Positions 22,032 through 31,944 of a DNA stretch of 32,635 nt are shown one piece after another (the stretch's first letter is position 1; the number at the start of each line of letters is the position of its first letter). This DNA comes from Amoebophrya sp. A120 (Eukaryota > Protista > Dinoflagellata). The stretch covers positions 4,610,050 to 4,642,684 of the forward strand of contig CAJINV010000002.1 of the NCBI GenBank assembly GCA_905178155.1. Reading direction: 5' to 3'. Under the pieces are notes generated by a model, which searched no databases, was not told the DNA's origin, and saw only the letters and a program-made list of their open reading frames with translations. The translations under genes were made by a program, and so were the position numbers.

Positions 22032-23636
22032 TTAAGGCATGAGCATCCCTAAAGATTGTGCTAACGCGAGCATGTTGCTTAATTTTTCGCCATCCGTCGT
22101 GCCCAAGCCTTCTGCGCTTGGTGCACTAGGCGCACAAGGTACGGCATTTGCCATTGCATCGTGTTCGATTTCTGGCGGTGGTCCCGTAGGTGCGCCGAAA
22201 ACGTCTAGTGGAGGGTTAGAGCTTGTTCCTACACCACTAACCCAAGGCGCAGCTCCGACCCCGAGGCCGACGGGAATAAATCCAGCAGGCATAGGCGCTC
22301 CCCCCAGTGCCAAACAAGAAGTCGGACCTCCAGTATAGCTCGACGACGAAGCTGCCCCTGGGTGTAAAACATTATCAACCTGTGTCTTGAGGAACTCTGG
22401 ACTGCAGGCCAGTAGCTCATTCAAGGCATGTCGGTATCTCTCGAACGGAGAGGAGATATTTTTTTCGATGCTGCCGTCTCCTCCGAGTTCCAACTGCTCA
22501 CGGCGAATGTACTGCTCTATCTCCTTATCTGCCTGTTGCAGTTCTTTGAGTGCGGATTTCCATCCCCTGCTTTCCAAAAACGCTTCCCAAGTGCCGTGCG
22601 CCTGCCGCTCGCCGCGCCTGACTTCTGACTTCAGATAGTTCAACAATCGCTGACGCATGGTCTGAACGGAATCCTCCTTCTTGTGCTCCTTTGCCAACTG
22701 TGACGATCCGTGGGAAAACATTTCGCGAATTCGCTCAAAAAGAAGCTCCTCCCCCGCATGCAGCTCCTCCCCACTGCAGAGTCCGCCGTAAAAACGCGTG
22801 CCCGGAACGCATGAAGGCGGCGGCGTCGAGGGACGCTTGTTGAATCTGGACGAAGACGAACTGGCGGCGTGCTGTGGAGGTCCTCGTCCTTGCACGGCGG
22901 CGGCCGGAACCAGACCACTCGAAGATGCATTGGAAGCTGCAGCTCCAGAAAACGAGCTTCGAGGTGGACCATTGCTAAAGATTTCCGCCAAGATAGCGTC
23001 CCTTGATTTTGGTGGTGATGGAGTCCTCAAAGAACATTCACCATCTGCTTTACGCCGCGCCGTCTTCTTGGTGTTCTTGCCAGGTCCACGACGTCCTCTG
23101 TCCTCGTCGGAAGGAGACGAACTGGAAGCAGAGACCACGCGCCTCCGTGAACCTTCGTGGTGCGTGCAAATGCTTACGCTGCTGGTACAATCCATAGCAT
23201 GCGGGGTGATTGACGACGTGGGAGTAGTTCTAGTTGTAGCTGGTGCAGGGGCCGCATTTATTATTTCCGCTTCCTCGTCGTCCCCGTCCATTTCGATATC
23301 ACTATCTCCTCCCGGAACCGCCACACTTGCTGCCTCCTCAAGTCGCTCCAGCGCCGTCTCAGTGCTGGGGTAAACAAGCCGAGAATTAGCATACATTCCG
23401 CTGAAAAAATTGGCGGGGGGATAAGCGTGGTCTGCATCTCGATCTCCACGGTCGCCCCGCATCTGAACCGCTGAGACAACGAGGTTGCTTGCGATCAAAC
23501 TCGTCGTGGTCATACCAGATGCGCACAGCTGAATAAAAAGGACCACTGCCAACTTCACGGACGCCGTCGAGAAAGCTAAGCCTCCCTGTCCTTTGTGGAC
23601 CAAGGAGTAGGGGAAAAAAAATAACTTGGCCATCAT
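22032..23636 (-). CDS. Intronless hypothetical protein with N-terminal hydrophobic segment and low-complexity Ser/Pro/Ala body
   Basis: 541-codon open frame, first ATG at 23636. Hydrophobic stretch VKLAVVLFIQLCASG, and a helical charged region ELLFERIREMF...RHALNELL. Confidence 0.75.
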   Translation of the reverse strand: MMAKLFFFPYSLVHKGQGGLAFSTASVKLAVVLFIQLCASGMTTTSLIASNLVVSAVQMRGDRGDRDADHAYPPANFFSGMYANSRLVYPSTETALERLEEAASVAVPGGDSDIEMDGDDEEAEIINAAPAPATTRTTPTSSITPHAMDCTSSVSICTHHEGSRRRVVSASSSSPSDEDRGRRGPGKNTKKTARRKADGECSLRTPSPPKSRDAILAEIFSNGPPRSSFSGAAASNASSSGLVPAAAVQGRGPPQHAASSSSSRFNKRPSTPPPSCVPGTRFYGGLCSGEELHAGEELLFERIREMFSHGSSQLAKEHKKEDSVQTMRQRLLNYLKSEVRRGERQAHGTWEAFLESRGWKSALKELQQADKEIEQYIRREQLELGGDGSIEKNISSPFERYRHALNELLACSPEFLKTQVDNVLHPGAASSSSYTGGPTSCLALGGAPMPAGFIPVGLGVGAAPWVSGVGTSSNPPLDVFGAPTGPPPEIEHDAMANAVPCAPSAPSAEGLGTTDGEKLSNMLALAQSLGMLMP

Positions 23637-25989
23637 GATTCCCTGCTTCTGTCGCAATAGAAAAGGTGATTTGCTAACGGTCGGAAAAGTGAAAGGATTG
23701 TCGTGCGGAAGGTAATATTAAATCGTAATCGATGTTGTAGAAGCAATAGCACCTGGAAAACCACGTCAGAACTACTCTTGTTCCGTTTATCTTTTATCGC
23801 AGAGAAATACAAGTCGTTTCAGTTTCTATTCTTTTCCTCGTTTTCAACGTGGGTTTTGCTTTTGTTTATGTAAAAATTATGTGAGAGACTAGTTATCCCT
23901 ACTTTTTCGTAGTCTTCTCTAGTACCTGATGAACAAGTTGTTTATACTCGTCGTGGGTCAAAAACCTCGTACTGCCTACTCAAACTAACCAAGCGACCTC
24001 TAACACCGTCTTCATTTCGCGCCCACCAAAATACCGTGACTTCGAGTTTTTCTTAAAACATTTTTTGGCAAAGATCCGAATGATCATTACGATTTGATCC
24101 ATCTTCACTTCTCGAGCAGACATTCAACGTCATTCTTGACGCTACGACCGAGAGCGAGATTCTTGCTTCTACGTGTGTAGTTGGTCCTCTCTTTTTGCTT
24201 TTCATTCTTTGATCATCCTCTTTTCTTTCCTGCTGCTGGAGCTAGTTGAAGGAACAAGAGCAAGATCCTGGTTTAGACTTGATCTCATGATCGCGACCAC
24301 AAATCATTCTTTTTTTCCTGTGAAAATAACCTACCTAGAAGAGGGATATTGGTATTGCCCTGAACATGAGACATAAATTATATGCGTACTATGACACAAA
24401 AAGCAACAACACGAACAACGAAAACAAGAATCAACTGCACGACAGTTGTTGTTGACCAACATGACGCTTTACAACTCCAGCATGTGGCTGCGCCGCAAGC
24501 CCGACGCGAAACCCAACTGCAATAGAAAATATTTTTTGCTACTCCGTGAGATCTTCATTTGTAGGCACATCGTCATCTCTGCGTTTCACAATTTTTCATG
24601 ACAGCCGTAGAACAATCAGACAAAGCGAAGTGCTATGTAAGAAGTATCCAATTCGAACTTCGAGTTTTTTATGTTTGTATCTGCAACAAGAACTGCACTA
24701 ACATCTCAACGACGGAATAAAGTTAACCTCCATTTCATCCACGTACAACTATTACAGAAAGCCCTTTTCTCAACCTCAAGATCAAGTAGAACCACTATAA
24801 CTTCATCTACGCTTACCGAAACCGATGCGGGAATACAAGAAACAACTGCGGTAACTACAGAATAGATGACTAAGACATCACGGTAGAAGGAAAAGGAAGA
24901 GCTATGCTGCCTTGTGAAATGATCCCGGAGCAGGGAAGTTTCATTTTCTATTTCTGCACTGTAGCATGGACCTTCTCACAATCATCTAGGGCACAGCACG
25001 TGCTCTGTAGTACGATCCTGTAGCTATTCCAAGAGATGTCTTCGTACTTCTCCATTCATCACGTAACTACAAATAGAGTTTGCTACTTCGCCTAGACGCG
25101 AGTAGGGCACAATATTAATATTTTCCTTTTCGCTGCAGCAACTACAACGTTGTAAACTATTTGATTGTATCTCTAATAGTACTGCTTTACATTCACTAGC
25201 TTTATTCTCGTCCTACAACTGCAACGAAAACTACATAACGTCCATCTGCAACTGCACAGCGCCTGACTCATTTTCTGCCACAGTCAGCTGTCGATCGAAA
25301 ATCTCAATTTATTTCTACTCAGGCCTAGATAATGATAAAGGGAATGGGTGCAGAAAAAAGTGTAACAAAAAACTACGAGGAGAAATAAACTATGAGCAGA
25401 GAAAAGTGAAAAAGGTAGAAGCGGCCTCCTGTGCACTGCTAGTTTCATCTTCATCCACCTTCCTCGCATCAGAATTATCCTGTAACAAGGCGGTAAGTGC
25501 ATTTATGTTATGGAGCGGCTAAGAAAGAAACGAAAGCGATCCCTCGGCGCAGTCGTCATACAGAGATCATGAAGAATATGTTGCAGTCTAGTGAACTACG
25601 ATCTGTGGGCGTCTTGTGATGAACACCAAACTGACTCACTTCCTCAAGCTGCAGCTCGAGCAAGGTGCTTTTTTGCTTTCGCTTTTGCTTCACTTTGCCT
25701 CCTCCGCATTGTAAGAAACTTCAAAGCTGATCTAGAAATCATACAAATCGCTAGAAGCGTATCAGCGTCGGAAACTTTCTTTGCGTCATTTGCGTCCTTC
25801 GATTCCTTTTCTAGTACGAGGTCGAGGAAGATCATTTTCATGTTGATTCATAAAGACAATCACAGATCTTCGCTACTTCAACTTCTTCGGACGCGGCAAC
25901 ATTAGCAGCTGCACAGCTGCACCTGCACGAATATATTGTGCTAACTACCCTTCTAGTTTCTCTCATCGTGTTCTTTCATTCTCGTCCTG

Positions 25990-28900
25990 CTACACCACCT
26001 CGTACACCACCAAACACCCGTCCCCGCACACGCAATACACGACGCCCCTCACACAGCAAACCCCAATGACCGGTTTGTGCTTTTTGAGCAGAATCTCCTC
26101 CATCTGGCACTCGTAGCGCAGCGTGTACCGTACCCGGTTCAATTTCAAAACGTACATCCTGGCCGTCTGCGCATTGGACTGAAAGGGACCACCAGCTCCC
26201 GTAACGGAGGTATTCATGTTGTAGATCGGATTCGGCTTCAGGATGAACAACTTGGACGAAAAAGAATAGGGAGGTGAAGATGGTGATGAAGGACCCACCA
26301 CCGGAACCAACGCCGAGAAACTGCCCGGCGTGTCCAGGGGGAATTGCGTGTTCAACGGGACCAGGCACCGCAAAGCGAAGCGAATCCGGTCGCTCATCTG
26401 CTTCTCCAGAAGTACGAGCTTCAGAATTTCGTTCTTGTCCACCCCGTACTCGAACCGACACGCCCGGACCGGCTCTAAGGCGTAGATCCGAAACTGCCGC
26501 CCGGTGACCACAGCGTATTGCGAGGAAAAATCCCCCCTCCCCATATCGATAAGGCACGCCGCAGAAAATTAATTTGTCATGCTGATTTTTAAGCACAAAT
26601 CGCATCTGTGATGCAAGAAAGCAACGCCGCAGGCTCCGCCCTATTATGCAGGCGGTTTGTAATGCTGCTGGGCCTACGGCATAGGCGTTCCCTATGCTAT
26701 GTGCCTAGGCCAAAACCTCTCGACTCCGGCACGATATCATGGGCCTGCTGTCCTCTACTGCAAGACAAAGCTGATTTGTGGTCACAAATCAGCATCACAA
26801 ATTTCGTTTTCGATATGGGGAGGGGGGATTTTTCCTTACGATACAGCGAGCAGGTTCTCCTGCTCCAGTTCGTAGTTCAAATTCCGGAACAGAGCTACTG
26901 CTCTTGAGGACGAAGATTCCGTTCTTGCTGCACCACCACCAGCAGACCTTGTGCTGTTGATGTTCCTGCTTGCTTGGAAAACTCCAGGAGGCACTAGAGG
27001 TCGTGCAGGAAAATAACTGTTGCCCCCTACTTCTGTCATAATCGATTTCACCTGCAGCCTCTGTTCCACCGCTTCGCGCCAGGAGCGACATACCCCGGCG
27101 AAATTCATCACGCAGGACCGGCGGTCGAAGAACTTCAGAATCGCGGAGCCCAGGATAGAATAGTTATTCAAAACCTGCTCTTCCAGCTCAATCAAAACCA
27201 CTCTCATCGCGAAATTCTTGCTGTTCAAAGACGCCTTTTGCAGTTTCACAGTAGAGGTGTGCTGCATTACATCTGTTGAAAACGAGTGCTCGGTCGTTTG
27301 GTCCTCCTTCTCCGACACGGAGACGCAGCCGGAAGGCGGCTCTGAGGTAGTTGTCTGATGGTGCGCAGGTCCGTTTGGCGGTGCACCACCTCCATTATGC
27401 CCCGTGCTGGTCTTCGAGCTGCCGCGGCTCGTGTGCTGCTCCGAGTGCGAGAGCTCCTGTTTCGGGTCCACCGTGATGAAGTAGCGGCTTTTGCTCTATC
27501 CTGTGCAAAAGTATCGCACTCGTAGTAATCCCAGTTATGCATTACAAATCTCGTAGGTTAGGTAAATCCGCATTACAAATTTAATTTGTAAAAATGCTGA
27601 GCCAATTTGTATTGCAATTTATACTAGTACGATACTTTTGCAGTGCATATGCTCTTGGCCGCCGCGATGGAACGAAGTCGCTTCCGCCTGGCCCAGTCGA
27701 AAATCCGGCGGCCCGAGGGGAAATTGGATTCTAGTAGTTCCTCGATTTTATTGTGGTGCTGCGGAGATGAGAGGCTCTGATGATGTGGGGAAGTTGTTGT
27801 ACCGTTCTTGCATCCTGCTGGTGGTCCAACACCGTCGTGCCCCGTAATTGATGTACTACCGCCGAAAAAAGCCCTGATGATGTCCCAGTACTGCTTCTTC
27901 TGCTTCGACCTGCTCAGCAGGGTGACAACGGCGGTGGTGCTCCCCGTTGTGCGGTAAGAGGCAGCAGTCGGATCGTTTGAAATAAAATCAGGCCCACCTC
28001 CTTCACCCGGTACCCGTGGTCCCGGTGCTGCGGGTACTCGGACCTGATTCGTGCCCAAAACCAACTCTGGCTTCCAGCACGCTGTGCTTGGAACGTCCAC
28101 CGTCGATACGAAGCAGACGTACCAATGCCAATCGATCAGCTTTCGCAAGCTACTAGCCAAGGGTCCGCCGTGGAGATTCCGACTGCTGGGATCGGAGGCA
28201 CGAAGCTCGCCGAGTAAACACCCGCCCTTCTCACGATCTATTTGCTTACTGTTGGTTCGCGTGTAGGGGTAGTGCTGATTGGTCGCCGCCTGCTGTTGAT
28301 TTGGTGCAAGACCCGCGCCGGGTATCGTTGCAACATTGTTCACATTTATTGCAGAGGAACGCGAAGAACCAGTAGCTGGAGGCAGATTCAACATTCCGCC
28401 AGTCGTGCTGCTACTGCTGCTCCCGCCAGCGGCAGCAAGAACTCCACCTCCGCCTCCCGCCCCGAGCCTCAACCTGCCGGTGGACGTGCGCGTGGGTGTC
28501 TGCCCGGCAGGCGAAAGCCCGCCGGAAGAGTTGCTGGAATTATTTTGGTTTAATACCCTGCTGCTGCTCTCCAGACTGCTCATGGTGTTCGCCACCACCT
28601 CGGACGGGGGGGTTGCGTGGTGTGTCGTGTTCGCGGGCGAGCCGAACAAACCTCCCGAAATATTAAAGGCGCCATTACTAGAAGCAGCTCCTGTTGTGCC
28701 TATCGCCGCGGCGATTGGTGAGGCCGTGTCGCCCGGCCGGGATTGCCCTCCTAGGAACATGTTCTGCACCGCACGCGTTGTGGGGGAGAGCAACCGGGGG
28801 TGGAGAGCCTCCTCGTCCAAGAGACTTGATTGCGATTCCAGATCCAGTGTCGTCGTGGTCGAGGACGAGTGTTGACGATGTCTACTTGTTTGCTCTTCCG

Positions 28901-31900
28901 GCGCCCGATTGAGTTGATTGTGTGTAAAGTTCGCATCTGTTCTCGTGTAGCCCTGCATGATTTCGGTGTCAGACGAAGCTGCGGAAGAGGTCGCGGCGGA
29001 GGAACTGTTGTTCGTCCCCCCACCCCCGCCACTACCTCCTGTCACCAAACTTGTCGTGCTCCCGATCACAGCACTCAGCTGGTGCACTTGGTGATTCTCT
29101 GCCTGCTCCAAAGCCGTCTCTGCCATGGGAGGCAGATCCCGGACATGCTCGTCGTAATTTTCAAGTTGATCACTCACCGCATAATTGGCACCAGCAGTGG
29201 TTTCGTTCGAATTACTGGAATTGCTGTTGCTATTCTGCCGCAACGACAAGTTCTCGGCTTGCTGCACCAGCCACATGGCGTGATTTCGCGCCTCGGTCCT
29301 GCGGATTTCGTCCGCGGATGTAGAGGGAATTGAGGAAGAGAGCTGGTGTCTCGCCAGCTCACTGCTCGGAAGATTCGCATTTTGATGACCTTCTACTCCA
29401 GTCGCAGTTCCATTCGCTGTTGTTCCGCCTCCTGCACTTGCTCCGCCTCGCAAAATTGTAGTACTTCCCGTTCTTCCAGCTCGTCCCGCCCCCGCCGGCT
29501 GCATTGCGCTCGAGGCACTCGCCGCCAGTGCGGCCATGCGGGAGGGGGAAAACGCCGGACGACTTGCGTCACTGGTATGGTCCATCTCTAGGTAGTCCCC
29601 CGACCTTCCTAAAGTCGGCCCCACTTCGCGGATCTGCACGGGAAAGGAGAGCTGCCGCTCCAGGTCCTCGTCGTGCGGATTGTCAAGGCTCCGAAAATCG
29701 TTGTCGAAAGGGGAATGATAGTCGTCATGGAGGTTTTGTTGGAAACCGAAACTAGTACTTGTTGGAGAGCGCAACGGCATCATCTGGTGTTGTTGTATCT
29801 GGTTCGGCGAGGAAGATCTACTGCTTGTCCTTCCGATTCCGGCTGTTCTCCTCGTCGCACCATGAAGACAACTCTGTTGATTTCCAAAATTGATCCCGGT
29901 CATTCGCGCAACCCGCAGGCGGCCGTCCAAACACGTCCAGGCAGCGAAACGCCCGTTTTCCGTTAAGTCGCAGCAGGGAATATTCCCGCCGCCCCGCGTG
30001 TGATCTAGCATGGCGGAGCGCACGAAGTTCACGTTCTGGCCGTTGAATGCACGACCGCCAGACGTTGCACCACCTGCAGTAGTCCCTCCGGGCGACATCA
30101 GAGACAAGCTGTTTTCGCGACTCGGCACGTCATCATCATGAAGTAGAGAAGCATCGTCTACTTGTTGGCCGTCTTGTTCTGTCACCACAGTCAAACCAGC
30201 AAAGCGTGGGTTTCTCCTCCGAACGCTCGTACTTGTTCCGGACGACGACATCTGGGGAGAAGAAGCAGAAGATGTTGATGAGGCCGCAGCTGCAGATGAG
30301 GGTGGTACTCGTCCGGAAGAGGTTGCCGCAGCATCACGGCTTGATGGAGGCTCTTCAGATCGTGCTGTCCTACTCGATGACGAAGCATTTCTGGTGCCTC
30401 CAGCAGCAGACGGCGACACGCTGCGGCTCCTTGACAACTCCTGCCGCGTCGTCCGCAGAGGGCCGCTGGCACTGGTGAACGTGACCCACTTCGCCAAGTG
30501 GTCATTTCCTCCCACGAAAAGTAGCATTTTGCCCCGACCCGATGCGCCGCTGATCGAATAATTATCCTGTTGAAATGTAGTGCCCGTAGAAGCAGCCGCC
30601 GCGGCGGCCACATTGTTGTAGTTGCTCGTCACACAGTTCAGACTGACCGCCTTCGCTGCCCATGTGCTCTCCCCGCGCACCCGCGGTCCGTAGATACCGG
30701 CGCGCTCCATCCCTGCAAGCAACCGGGGGTCGTGCACGGCACCCTGACCGTCGAGCCCGTCCGCTCGACGCATCGGAATCCCAATCACCGCGGCGGAGGG
30801 CGACGGGGGCATGTTGTGCGCCGCGGCATTTGATGAAATGTCTCCGCCGCCTAAAGCGTTCGCCCTATCATTGGAGATGAAATGCTGTGTAGCTCCTTGC
30901 GACGGGCTAGTACTGCTTGACGCCCCGGTTGGTCTCGTAGATTGAACCAACTGCCCGTTCACTGCTGTGGCAGTGGCACCTCCTGTAGTTGTTCCAGCGC
31001 TCCTGCGATTCCTCGTCGTACCATCTCGATTTGGCTGAATACTCGCTGGCGTTCCTAATCCGATTTGTTGCTGCACGCGCCCCTCGTGGATCGACCTCGG
31101 TGTCACGGGGCGGCGGGTCGGCGAAAAATACCCCACCCCGCCGGGGCGCATGCCCGGAGGGCCGACGTTGTCCTGCAAAAATGCTGCGCCTTGTGAAGCA
31201 GAATCTTCGTGCGTCAACATTTGGTGTTGATTTACTAGCAACTCTTCATCGCGCTCTTCCTGGCTACTGACCTGTTGGGCCTGATCGACCGCTTCCTGTT
31301 GCGCAAGGTCTTCGGCAGAAGTAGAAGTTGTCCTCATCTCAGTAGCAGCATTAGCATAATTCCGCGCTTGCGGCTGGAGGTCTACTGTAGCTGATGTTAC
31401 ATCACCACTACTCCTTCCCGGACCAGCAAAGACCGCTCCGTCGTGCTCATTGGCAATGCGATTGAATTCCTCTTCTCCGGAAGACGTCGTGCTGGACGTT
31501 GTACCTCCTGCAGCTGCAGCTCCCCCGGCGGCGCCAGCTCCAGGCTGCATCAGACCATCATCACCATCACTATGATCCTCTTCCTCCGCACTACTGGCCG
31601 CCGCGCGCGCCAGATTCGCGGTCGCTGCTGTCACCAGGGCGGCGGGGCTGCTGATCCCGCCGAACGCGCGCGCGGAGCCGATCAGGGAGGCGGGCGGGGG
31701 TTCTCCGGCAGTTGTAGTTTCAGTTTCTCCGGGTGGTGTGCTAGAAGGAGGTGCTTCGTCGTCGTAGCCTTCTTGTTCCCGGTCTTGTGGCTGCGGAGAT
31801 GTTCGCTCTTCACGTCCCTGCTGTTGCACACCGGAGGTCCGGTTTCTAGCACTACTCCCCGCGCGGTTAGTTCCTCGATCGGTCGTCGTAACTACCGGCG

Positions 31901-31910
31901 GCCCACGGTT
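25990..31910 (-). CDS. Very large, mostly disordered protein with WD40-like (Crt10-like) blades and an internal F-box-like motif; 5' end uncertain
   Basis: Three ORFs join in frame after removing 27497-27649 (AAKS|KSRYF) and 26516-26843 (NLLAV|VTGRQ). Blades: LLFVGGNDHLAKWV, GNIPCCDLTENGRFAAWTCLDGRLRV, VYCVCGDGCLVVYE. The frame stays open upstream of 31829 to about 31959. Confidence 0.8.
26516..26843. mobile_element. Introner-like TIR element, 328 bp
   Basis: 34-bp TIR TATTGCGAGGAAAAATCCCCCCTCCCCATATCGA with 3 mismatches. TSD CAGCG. Confidence 0.94.
27497..27649. mobile_element. Introner-like TIR element, family A, 153 bp
   Basis: Family-A TIR and body. TSD TGCTC. Confidence 0.93.
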
Positions 31911-31944
31911 AATATATATAAAGCAGGGGTTTGGTGGGGTCGCA

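Noticed and set aside
25644-25841. 65-aa charged ORF on the minus strand
   Set aside because: Short, with an in-frame stop just upstream and no recognisable motif. It could be an exon but is unsupported.
13400-25900. Dinoflagellate spliced-leader relics, tRNA or rRNA genes in the intergenic DNA
   Set aside because: By eye I found no CCGTAGCCATTTTGGCTCAAG match or convincing structured RNA. A covariance-model search would be needed to exclude them.
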